DNA of 64,000 nucleotides from Devosia sp. (GTDB taxonomy: Bacteria > Pseudomonadota > Alphaproteobacteria > Rhizobiales > Devosiaceae), in the NCBI RefSeq assembly GCF_040509215.1, contig NZ_JBEVLL010000324.1, positions 5,857 through 69,856 on the forward strand, read 5' to 3'. Under the pieces are notes generated by a model that ran no database searches, was not told the DNA's origin, and worked only from the letters and a program-made list of their open reading frames with translations. Of the stretch, positions 25,334-33,490 are shown in pieces. Positions within the stretch are counted from its first letter, which is position 1. Each line of letters opens with the position of its first letter. The position numbers were made by a program, and so were the translations under genes.

Positions 25334-25756
25334 TCAGACAATGCGATTGCCTGCGGCGTCGATAATGACTTCGCCGTCTTCCTTGATAAAATGCCCGATA
25401 TCGGGGTTCTCGAGTATGTCGAGCACCACCTCCGAAGGCCGGCACAGGCGCGTGCCGCTCGGCGTTTCGACGAAGGGCCGGTTGAGCAGCACCGGATGCG
25501 CGGCGATCGCATCGAGCAACGCGTCGTCGGAGAGGCTGGTATCGCCAAGGCCAAGCGCTTCGTAGGGCGTGTCCTTCTGCCGGATGGCTTCACGCAGCGT
25601 GATGCCGGCGGCCAAGACCAGTTCGACCACGCGTTCGCGGCTCGGCGGGATTTTGAGGTATTCAATGACGATGGGCTCGACGCCGCTTTGCCGGATCATG
25701 GCGAGGGTATTGCGGGACGTGCCGCATTCCGGGTTGTGATAGATCGTGACGGTCAT
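25334..25756 (-). CDS. arsC: Arsenate reductase, glutaredoxin-coupled ArsC type
   Basis: Starts MTVTIYHNPECGTSRNTLAMIR (catalytic Cys context). 140 aa. The ATG overlaps the aqpS stop (ATGA). Confidence 0.9.
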   Translation of the reverse strand: MTVTIYHNPECGTSRNTLAMIRQSGVEPIVIEYLKIPPSRERVVELVLAAGITLREAIRQKDTPYEALGLGDTSLSDDALLDAIAAHPVLLNRPFVETPSGTRLCRPSEVVLDILENPDIGHFIKEDGEVIIDAAGNRIV

Positions 25757-26448
25757 GATGGGTCTTCCGGATTGATGGGGAGATCGCCGCCAGAGGGCAC
25801 GCGAAGCAGCCAGGACATCAGCGCCAGTGCAACGACCGCGCCGGCAGACTGGGCCAGGATGAAGCCCGGCAAATCGACCGGCCGGATGCCGGAGAATGTG
25901 TCGGTGAAAGAACGGGCAATCGCGACGGCAGGGTTGGCGAATGAGGTGGACGCGGTGAACCAATAGGCCGCGGTGATGTAGAGGCCGACGAGCATCGGCA
26001 CGGCTTTCCGCTCGAAACGGATGCCGGCAAGGATGACGGCGACAAGACCGAAGGCAGCGACGCCCTCCGAGAACCATTGCGCGCCGCCGGTCCTGACCCT
26101 GGTCGAGGCCTGCAGCAAAGGCAGCGAGAACATCGCATGGGCGGCGATGGCCCCCAGCACGCCGCCGATGAGCTGCGCCAGCGTGTAGAGCCCGGCCTCC
26201 CGCGCCGGCAGCTCGCGGCGCAGCGCAAAGACCAGCGAAACGACTGGGTTGAAATGGGCGCCCGAGATTGGCCCGAACGTGCTGATCAGCACGACGAGGA
26301 TAGCGCCGGTGGCAAGGGTGTTGGCGAGCAATGTCAGCGCGACATCGGTGGTCAGGGTTTCAGCCATGATGCCGGAACCCACGACCGTCGCGACCAGGAG
26401 CCCCGTGCCGAGAGCTTCGGCGGTCAGCCGGCGCGAGAGATCGATCAT
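25753..26448 (-). CDS. aqpS: Aquaglyceroporin (MIP family) AqpS-type arsenite channel
   Basis: MIP motifs GAHFNPVVS and FANPAVAIAR. Sits in arsR-aqpS-arsC order, as described for Sinorhizobium. Confidence 0.9.
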   Translation of the reverse strand: MIDLSRRLTAEALGTGLLVATVVGSGIMAETLTTDVALTLLANTLATGAILVVLISTFGPISGAHFNPVVSLVFALRRELPAREAGLYTLAQLIGGVLGAIAAHAMFSLPLLQASTRVRTGGAQWFSEGVAAFGLVAVILAGIRFERKAVPMLVGLYITAAYWFTASTSFANPAVAIARSFTDTFSGIRPVDLPGFILAQSAGAVVALALMSWLLRVPSGGDLPINPEDPS

Positions 26449-26496
26449 ACTGCCCCAGCAGGGTTCGAGGTGCCTGCGCTCTTGGGCATGACCAGA

Positions 26497-26871
26497 TCAG
26501 CGGGCACAGGCGTTCTCCTTGGCACCGGCGGGCATGCAGCATTCCACGGCGACTGCGGCCGCGGGGATGCACACTTCGGGATGGCCGGAGCAGCAATCGC
26601 GCATGAGGAACTCGACGAGCCCCGACAGGCCCTCAAAATTGGCGCTGTAGATGATCGAGCGGCTCTCGCGTCGGGACTGGATCAGACCGGCCCGCTCAAG
26701 GTGCGCAAGGTGGAAAGAGGCGCTCGACGACGAGGCGTCGACGGCGTCCCCGATTGCGCCCGCTGCCATTCCCTCAGGGCCGGCCTGCACCAGGATCCGC
26801 ACCATTCTCAGCCGGGTTTCCTGGCTGAGGGCGCCGAAAGCATTGAGGGCTTGCGGTTCTTCAAGTTTCAT
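26497..26871 (-). CDS. arsR: ArsR/SmtB family metalloregulator with C-terminal Cys cluster
   Basis: HTH region ETRLRMVRILV...SSSSASFHLAHLERAGLI. Cys-rich C-terminus DCCSGHPEVCIPAAAVAVECCMPAG. Confidence 0.9.
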   Translation of the reverse strand: MKLEEPQALNAFGALSQETRLRMVRILVQAGPEGMAAGAIGDAVDASSSSASFHLAHLERAGLIQSRRESRSIIYSANFEGLSGLVEFLMRDCCSGHPEVCIPAAAVAVECCMPAGAKENACAR

Positions 26872-26877
26872 CTCAAT

Positions 26878-26897
26878 ATCTCAACAATTATTGAAAT
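26878..26897. promoter_or_regulatory. Candidate ArsR operator (imperfect 20-bp palindrome)
   Basis: ATCTCAACAATTATTGAAAT matches its reverse complement at 16 of 20 positions. It lies in the 41-nt arsR / DUF6428 divergent intergenic region. Confidence 0.3.
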
Positions 26898-26912
26898 TAT
26901 GGATAGCCCAAC

Positions 26913-27431
26913 ATGAGCACACACGCAACTCCTCGCTACATCGAAGTGGAATCCTCGTTGGGCGCGGTGCTTGCGCGACTGGCGGGAAGCGACGACCTGC
27001 CGCTATCGATCGAGTACGGGGAGCGCGTCGTGCAGCCGGGCTATCACATCACCGAAGTGAAAGCCGGCTCATTCGTCACCCTGGACTGCGGCGGCAATCC
27101 CGACGCCTGGCAGGAGACGGTGCTGCAGGTGGAAGACATTCCGGCCAAGGACGATCGCGCGATGATGACGGCCGGAAAATTCCGGTCGACCCTCGCGCAG
27201 GTCGACCGGAAGGTGCCACTCGACCACGGCGCTCGGCTCACCATCGAAATCGGGCGCCCTGGCGAGGCAATGCAGGTCTTCGACATTGCCGATCTGGCAA
27301 TTCGGGAAAATCGAGCGGTGCTGTCGCTTGGGCTTCGGGCTGCCATCTGCAAACCGCGCCATCGCGCTGAGCGGATCACCGCCGCGGCCTCATGCTGCAC
27401 ACCTTCTGCCAAGGCCCGTGGGTGCTGCTAG
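26913..27431 (+). CDS. DUF6428-like protein divergent from arsR, with C-terminal vicinal cysteine pairs
   Basis: 172 aa. Contains PGYHITEVK and AAICKPRH, and ends AAASCCTPSAKARGCC. The family name is from memory. Confidence 0.7.
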   Translation: MSTHATPRYIEVESSLGAVLARLAGSDDLPLSIEYGERVVQPGYHITEVKAGSFVTLDCGGNPDAWQETVLQVEDIPAKDDRAMMTAGKFRSTLAQVDRKVPLDHGARLTIEIGRPGEAMQVFDIADLAIRENRAVLSLGLRAAICKPRHRAERITAAASCCTPSAKARGCC

Positions 27432-27495
27432 ACCGCTTGAGTGTGGTCGAGCCTGACGATGATCTCCGACGAACCCCGTAAGCCGTGGCCGCGCC

Positions 27496-27804
27496 TTAGC
27501 GGCGCGAACCGAACACTCGATCAGCGATGCGGCTATTGCGATTGGCGGCGATCCCCGGGATCAGCAACGCATCGATGAACCACCAGATGGCGACGATCAC
27601 CCAAAGGAAGCTCAGGAAGCCGAACGACATGAAGGTGAGAAGCAGGACGACGCCTGACAGCGCCAGCATGATAAAACCGCTCAGCGGCCGACCAAGGTAA
27701 AACCTGTGCGCGCCGACATAGCCGAGGAAGCCCCAAAGCAGATAGGCCACCAGCAACGATTTCTTCTCGATATCATACTGAGCCGAAGCCCGATCCATCA
27801 CCAT
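27496..27804 (-). CDS. TM2 domain-containing membrane protein
   Basis: LLWGFLGYVGAHRFYLGR and WWFIDALLIP motifs. Confidence 0.8.
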   Translation of the reverse strand: MVMDRASAQYDIEKKSLLVAYLLWGFLGYVGAHRFYLGRPLSGFIMLALSGVVLLLTFMSFGFLSFLWVIVAIWWFIDALLIPGIAANRNSRIADRVFGSRR

Positions 27805-28018
27805 GTGGCACTCCCAATGTTCGACAATTGAAATGGTGAATTGCAGCGGGTTTTCAAGATACTTGATGCGAGGAAGCGGTCAGCGTCCGTCCAATACGGC
27901 ACGGGCGCATCTGGGGTGATGAAATCAAGCGAGACAGCTTTTCTTTCGCGCAAAGCGCTAGGGAAACAATGTCTTAAGAGCCAGTCGCGTAGATTTCCCC
28001 ATACTCGAGAGATCGCAA

Positions 28019-29269
28019 TTGGTTCAGCCATCGCCCATCGTCGCTGCTACCGACACGGCGTTGCCGGAGCAATTTCTCGGCCGTCTGCGCCATCTGGCCC
28101 AGTGCGCCGGTGCTGGCCTGGTCGAAATAGACCGATGGATTGCCCACGAGGGCGTCTTGCCGCCCTCCGACCTTCCCATGTCGCTTTTTCGGGATTTCGC
28201 CCAGGTCTTCCCCCACCCTACGCGTTCCCACGCCTTCCTTCTGATTGCACCAATTCCCACCATTGATGAAGAACGCCCGCTTTGGCTGGTGCTCTGGGAC
28301 ACGCGACCGCGCAGTGAAATCTCCAGCCACATCCTGCTCGCCCGTGTCACCGAGCTGGTGGGCCAATCTGCGATGGCCGGCCGGCGAGCGGCAGAGCGCC
28401 ACCGCCAATGTCTGGTCGAGCGCGCCTCGGCGACCGCTCGCATCGGCATCTGGTCATGCACCCTGCCCGACCAGCGTTTGACCTGGACCAATGGCGTCTA
28501 TGATCTTTTCGAGCTGCCGCGCGGTTCAGTCATCGATCGCAGCACCTCGCTCAAGATGTATGAGCCTGAGTCGGCCAGGCAAATGCAGGCGCTTCGAGCC
28601 GAGGCCATCGCCACCTGTGGCGATTTCAACTTCGATGCTCAGATCATAACCGCAAAGGGCAATCCGCGCTGGATGCGCATCACGGCAACCGTCGATGGCA
28701 TCGATGGAAAGGCCCGGCGGATCTTTGGGATGAAGCAGAACATCACCGAAGAAAAGCACATGGCCGAACGGACGCGGATTCTTTCCCAGACCGACGTTTT
28801 GACCGGCCTTGCCAATCGCAGCCTGTTCAACGCGCGTTTGGAGGACCTCCACGGTCAGCGGAACGGCGTTCCAGTCGGTGGGCTGATCCTCATCGATCTC
28901 GATAACTTCAAGGCGATCAACGATACGCTCGGCCACGCCCATGGCGACACCTGCCTCGTTAAGGCCGGCGAGCGGCTGCGCCAATGCGTCCCGGCCGGAG
29001 CGCTAGTCGCGCGTATCGGCGGCGACGAATTCGCCATACTCACCGACGGCCGCGACCACGTTGATATGGAACGCCTTTCGAGGGACATCATCAGTGCCTT
29101 CGAACACCCAATCCAACTCGGAATGCAACAGCATCGCGTGGGCGCATCGCTCGGGATCGCGGTCCGCGGCACCCAGGATGCTGATACTCTCTACCGCGAT
29201 GCCGACGCCGCACTTTATTCGGCCAAGTCGGCGGGCCGTGGCACCTGGCGCGTCTTCAACGCCGCCTGA
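28019..29269 (+). CDS. PAS-domain diguanylate cyclase (GGDEF)
   Basis: PAS_3-like region (IGIWSCTLPDQRLTWTNGVYDLFELP...RWMRITAT), then DVLTGLANR and RIGGDEF. The start is uncertain (TTG 28019). Confidence 0.8.
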   Translation: MVQPSPIVAATDTALPEQFLGRLRHLAQCAGAGLVEIDRWIAHEGVLPPSDLPMSLFRDFAQVFPHPTRSHAFLLIAPIPTIDEERPLWLVLWDTRPRSEISSHILLARVTELVGQSAMAGRRAAERHRQCLVERASATARIGIWSCTLPDQRLTWTNGVYDLFELPRGSVIDRSTSLKMYEPESARQMQALRAEAIATCGDFNFDAQIITAKGNPRWMRITATVDGIDGKARRIFGMKQNITEEKHMAERTRILSQTDVLTGLANRSLFNARLEDLHGQRNGVPVGGLILIDLDNFKAINDTLGHAHGDTCLVKAGERLRQCVPAGALVARIGGDEFAILTDGRDHVDMERLSRDIISAFEHPIQLGMQQHRVGASLGIAVRGTQDADTLYRDADAALYSAKSAGRGTWRVFNAA

Positions 29270-29298
29270 ATTATCGCCGAGTGAGCCATCAGTCGGTG

Positions 29299-30441
29299 TC
29301 ACCAAACTGGTAGCTTGAGCGACGAGGCCAGGGCAACAAGTTCGGCCTGGCGGTGGCAACCTGTTTTGGCGAATACCTGCAGCAAGTGTGTCTTGATCGT
29401 GCTCTGGGCCGCGCCGGTCTCGGCTGCGATCTGGCCGGGTGAGGCCCCAGCGGAGATTTTCTCAAAAACCCTGGCTTCAGCCGGGGTCAGATCGAACAGG
29501 GACGCGATCTCCAGTTCGGGCCAGAGCGGTGACTTCCGGGATGGCGCTATGAAGATCGCCGCGTCGGCCGACACGCTGACCGTGGGGCGGATTTGCCCCG
29601 AGCGCAGCGGCAGAATGTGGAAAACATGGGTTTCGTCGCCCAACCGTAGCGGAACCCCGAAGCCGTTCGGTCCGAGGGCCGTCTCATCCGTGGCCGCCCT
29701 CACCACGGCCCGCGAGAGCGCCGCTGTGGCGCCGGGAGACGACACCGACAGCCTGCCATTGACGGAGCTTACTGGCGCGCCTGTGGATAGCATGTGCCGC
29801 GCAACTTGATTGGCATGGATGACCTTGAGGCTGGCGTCTGTCATGATCACGCCAACGGACAGCGCATCGACGACGCTTTGGAACATGTCCGACTTGATGG
29901 AGCCGATATCGAGCAGGCGCGATATCGCGACGGATCGCTGCAGGTGGGGAATCAGCAGTCGGGCAAGCCCAAGCTCGGTCTCGGTGACGGGGCCAGCATC
30001 GCGGTGCCGGCCGAAGGCTATCGTGCCCATGGCAGCACCATCGCGGGCGAGCCCGACCCCCATGACATCGATCATTCCACGGGGCCTGGTCCATTCGACA
30101 TAGATGCGGTTTGCCTCGGTCAGCCCTTCCTGGTGCTTTTCCGACATCAGCGCCGGCTCGTTGGGGTCATAGGTCAGGAGCTTGCCAATCCCGCCCCACT
30201 GCTCAACCGCCTCGGCGCCGTAGCCATGCAGCTTCTCAAGCCAATGCGGCTCGATGCCGGTGGTGTAAAGCAGCAGAATGTCGCCTGACGGATAGCTGCG
30301 CAGATTGAGCGCCGCACTCTTGAAGTTCATTGCGGCGCAGAGCGCTGCTAGTGTCCGCGGCCACTCGTTCGGATCGATGGCGCTATCATAGATGGCCGCC
30401 ACCAGATCCGACATTTCGTCCAAGCCAATCGCTTGCTCCAT
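29299..30441 (-). CDS. LuxR family transcriptional regulator (solo, large N-terminal sensor-like domain)
   Basis: C-terminal HTH LTPAEARVFEKISAGASPGQIAAETGAAQSTIKTHLLQVFAKTG. Confidence 0.8.
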   Translation of the reverse strand: MEQAIGLDEMSDLVAAIYDSAIDPNEWPRTLAALCAAMNFKSAALNLRSYPSGDILLLYTTGIEPHWLEKLHGYGAEAVEQWGGIGKLLTYDPNEPALMSEKHQEGLTEANRIYVEWTRPRGMIDVMGVGLARDGAAMGTIAFGRHRDAGPVTETELGLARLLIPHLQRSVAISRLLDIGSIKSDMFQSVVDALSVGVIMTDASLKVIHANQVARHMLSTGAPVSSVNGRLSVSSPGATAALSRAVVRAATDETALGPNGFGVPLRLGDETHVFHILPLRSGQIRPTVSVSADAAIFIAPSRKSPLWPELEIASLFDLTPAEARVFEKISAGASPGQIAAETGAAQSTIKTHLLQVFAKTGCHRQAELVALASSLKLPVW

Positions 30442-30602
30442 TCCGCCCTCCGGTGCTCACCGAAATTGAAGGCATATAAAGAGCTCCACCAAACGGTGGA
30501 GGTATCAACGCGTGCAGGCTGATCCACTAGAGACCGCCAACCAGTGATCCGGCAACACCGCTGGTCGCCCAGAGGTTGGCGCTTCCAAATGGAGAGGGTA
30601 TC

Positions 30603-30854
30603 ATGAACTACCCTATGCTTCTAGATTACGGCCTCGTCGGCGATCTGCACTTCTCGAGCGGCAGCGGCGAACTCGACGATCTCAGTGACCATATGCTCCA
30701 GGACATCGGCTACAAACGTGTTGGCGGTCACGTCATCAAGGACCAAGGCCCACTTGAGGAGCCTGTCGTCCAGCGCAGTAGCTGGTCCTGGTCGCTCTGG
30801 GGACGAAATCGCGTCACTCCAAAGGTTTCGCACCATTCCGCGACGCTTGCCTGA
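30603..30854 (+). CDS. Small protein with DUF1127-like motif
   Basis: LDDLSDHMLQDIGYKR resembles the DUF1127 core (L..LSD..L.DIG..R). The start (ATG 30603 versus TTG 30576) and the C-terminal extent are uncertain. Confidence 0.4.
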   Translation: MNYPMLLDYGLVGDLHFSSGSGELDDLSDHMLQDIGYKRVGGHVIKDQGPLEEPVVQRSSWSWSLWGRNRVTPKVSHHSATLA

Positions 30855-31255
30855 TTGAAGGCCGGCCTCTCTGCGGACACCGTGGGCCCTCGACTTCGTC
30901 GAATCTTCAATCGACGGGAGGGCCCTCGTGTCCCGCGGCAAGGTTGGCGCAAATTGACGGATCAACCAATTGCCTTGTCACCGGCACGAACCGGCTGCAT
31001 CCTGAGTGCCTCCATCGCACCAGCTCCGCACAAGTCGCCCATGGGGCTGGCAGTATTCGTGAGTTGTGAACGACCTGGCGTTTTCAGGCTGATTGACTGG
31101 CCTTGCCTGCCGGAACCACCCCGCGCACCCATCGGCCGCCGATAGCCTTTGCGCCCAAGCCAGAACCATCATGCCTACGCACGCCGGCAAGCCCAGCGCC
31201 GTTTGCGCAATGGGTTGAAGACAGCCGGCTCCGCTTCAACCGGAGGACGACTGAC

Positions 31256-33436
31256 ATGACCGCTTCCTTTACGGCAGACTTTCCCAACGGGGTTTCCGCA
31301 GGTGACGTCACGCAGCACTCGGCGCTGCTCTGGACCAGGGCAGCCGATGTGGGGCGCCTTCGCCTGCAGGTCGCGATAGACCCGCTCTTTAACAAGGTAA
31401 TCGAGACGCAAAGGGTTCAGGTGAACGATAGCGCCGTGCCGGTGAAGATCGAGGTCGATCACCTCAAGGCTGGCACCGATTACTATTATCGCTTCATCGA
31501 CGCGTCCGGCGATGTCATTGGCGGCAGTTTCCGTACGGCCGCCGCAACCGGCACCTCGGACGGCTTTCACTTTGGTGTCGTCAGCGACATGCACGGCGCC
31601 GATTTCGCGCCGTTCGTCGCCATCAGGAATGCGCCCGCAGCCGACCTCGACCTGCTGGTCAAGCTGGGCGATCAGGTCTTCGCCGACCAACCACCTCCCG
31701 GCGCGGCGACGCTTGCCGAGTTCCGCGCGGAACATGAAGCCATCTACAGCGAGAAATTCGGCTTCAATTTCCTCGCTGACCTGCAGGCCAATACGCCGAT
31801 CCTCTCCATGCCCGACGATGCGGAACTGGTAAACAACTGGGCGGGTGGCGCGAGCCCCGCCTCCGATCCGCGTTTTTCGGGTCAAGGCGGCGACTTCATC
31901 AACGAGACGCCGCTTTACGGGAACGCCATGCGGGCGTTTCAGAACTACAATGCGATAGAGAACCGCAGCTATCACCATACGGGCGACGACCGTTTTGATG
32001 GTGCCCCGGACTTGTACCGCTACCAGACCTATGGCTCGGACGCCGCGGTCTTCATGTTGGACGCGCGTTCGTTTCGCGACGCAGAGGTAGCCTCGCCCCT
32101 CAATCCGCTCGATCCATCCGAGGTGGCCCCATTTCTCGCCAATGCTTTCGAGGCTGGTCGAACCATGCTCGGCGAGGTCCAGTTCGAGAAGCTGAAACAG
32201 GACCTGCTCGATGCGCGCGATCAAGGCGTTGTGTGGAAGTTCGTGATGTTGCCCGAACCGATCCAGAACTACGGGCCTCTTGTGGACGCCGGGGATCGAT
32301 ATGCAGGCTATGCGGCCGAACGTACTGCCCTCCTCGCCTTCATCGATGACAACCACATAGAGAACGTGGTGTTCGTAAGCGGCGACACCCATTGGTATTC
32401 CGTCAACAACCTCACCTACCAGGCGTTCGCAGGCGGGCCACAGATTGCAAGCAGTGCCTTCGAGGTGGTGGTGCCATCGGTGGGAGGCGATCTGATCGGG
32501 CCGCTGGTGGCGCCAACCGCTGCGGCTCTGGGACTGATCTCCCCGGCGGAGCTGGCTTACTACGAGAGCCTTCCCAATGCGCCTGACGCCGACAGCGTCC
32601 TCAACGACAAGGACGACTTCAACGAGTTCGTCCTCGATACCGTGCTGGCAGGATTTGGCTACGACCCGCTTGGGCTCGATAACAACCTTACCGCCGCGGC
32701 CGGCAAGATCAATGCCACCCTGCTGCAGGGTGCCTACTTCGTCAGTCATGATTTCGGCTGGTCGGACTTCAGCATCGATGGAGCTGCGGGCAAGCTGACG
32801 GTGACCACCTGGGGCATGCCGGGTTACACACCGGTGGATCTGGCAGCTGATCCGGCAGCGATCCTCGAACGCAGCCCGGCCATCGTCAGCCAGTTTGAAG
32901 TGACGCCACAATCGAACTCGATCCTCGGCACGAGCCGCAGCGATCGCATCGTGGGCACCAGCACTGACGATGTCATCCTTGGCGCAGCCGGCGACGACAG
33001 GCTGCGCGGCAACGGTGGCGCCGATCACCTCGATGGCGGCGTCGGCAACGACAGCCTGGAAGCTGGCGGCGGCGATGACCAGATACATGGCCGGGCCGGG
33101 AATGATCGGCTGTACGGCAACGCTGGTGCCGACACGCTTTCGGGCGGCCAGGGCCGGGACGCGCTCCATGGCGGCGAAGGAGACGACCTCTTCGTATTTG
33201 CGCCTGACTTCGGCCGGGACACGATCTACGATTTCGATGCCAACCCCGCCGGCGGGCAGGATATGATCGACATCTCCGATCTCGGGATCACTCCCGAGGA
33301 GTTTGCCGCGAGGGTGAAGATCTACGACATCGGCGCCCACGTGCAGATCGTGATCGATGCGGACCTCGACCAGTCGATCCAACTTTTCGGGGTCGGCAAT
33401 GTACAGACCGTGACGCAGGCCGATTTCATCATCTGA
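31256..33436 (+). CDS. phoD: PhoD-like alkaline phosphatase fused to C-terminal RTX (hemolysin-type Ca-binding) repeats
   Basis: ATG 31256 follows GGAGGA. The PhoD N-domain (GVSAGDVTQHSALLWTRA...YYYRF) and metallophosphatase core are followed by ~7 GGxGxD nonapeptides (GAAGDDRLRGNGGADHLDGGVGNDSLEAGGGDDQIHGRAGNDRLYGNAGADTLSGGQGRDALHGGEGDD). No N-terminal Tat or Sec signal. Confidence 0.85.
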   Translation: MTASFTADFPNGVSAGDVTQHSALLWTRAADVGRLRLQVAIDPLFNKVIETQRVQVNDSAVPVKIEVDHLKAGTDYYYRFIDASGDVIGGSFRTAAATGTSDGFHFGVVSDMHGADFAPFVAIRNAPAADLDLLVKLGDQVFADQPPPGAATLAEFRAEHEAIYSEKFGFNFLADLQANTPILSMPDDAELVNNWAGGASPASDPRFSGQGGDFINETPLYGNAMRAFQNYNAIENRSYHHTGDDRFDGAPDLYRYQTYGSDAAVFMLDARSFRDAEVASPLNPLDPSEVAPFLANAFEAGRTMLGEVQFEKLKQDLLDARDQGVVWKFVMLPEPIQNYGPLVDAGDRYAGYAAERTALLAFIDDNHIENVVFVSGDTHWYSVNNLTYQAFAGGPQIASSAFEVVVPSVGGDLIGPLVAPTAAALGLISPAELAYYESLPNAPDADSVLNDKDDFNEFVLDTVLAGFGYDPLGLDNNLTAAAGKINATLLQGAYFVSHDFGWSDFSIDGAAGKLTVTTWGMPGYTPVDLAADPAAILERSPAIVSQFEVTPQSNSILGTSRSDRIVGTSTDDVILGAAGDDRLRGNGGADHLDGGVGNDSLEAGGGDDQIHGRAGNDRLYGNAGADTLSGGQGRDALHGGEGDDLFVFAPDFGRDTIYDFDANPAGGQDMIDISDLGITPEEFAARVKIYDIGAHVQIVIDADLDQSIQLFGVGNVQTVTQADFII

Positions 33437-33490
33437 AATGGCCCCGACCGGCAAGGAGCGAGCGTGACCTCTCAGGGCCACGCTTGCTTG

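Noticed and set aside
27805-28018. Small ORFs (27798..28031 minus, 27841..28266 plus) in the TM2/GGDEF intergenic region
   Set aside because: They have no RBS, poor codon character and overlap neighbouring genes. The region is treated as a promoter/5'-UTR for the GGDEF gene, whose own start is uncertain.
30885-30930. Direct repeat GGGCCCTCG x2 flanking a CGTCGA-N8-TCGACG inverted repeat upstream of phoD
   Set aside because: It is short, GC-rich and plausible by chance. It does not match the Pho-box pattern as I remember it, and it lies >300 nt from the phoD start.
31175-33481. 768-aa ORF on the minus strand, almost exactly antisense to the PhoD-RTX gene
   Set aside because: The translation is Arg/Gly/Ala/His-rich with no recognisable domain. 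The plus-strand frame has clear PhoD and RTX homology plus a GGAGGA RBS. Long open antisense frames are expected in high-GC coding DNA.
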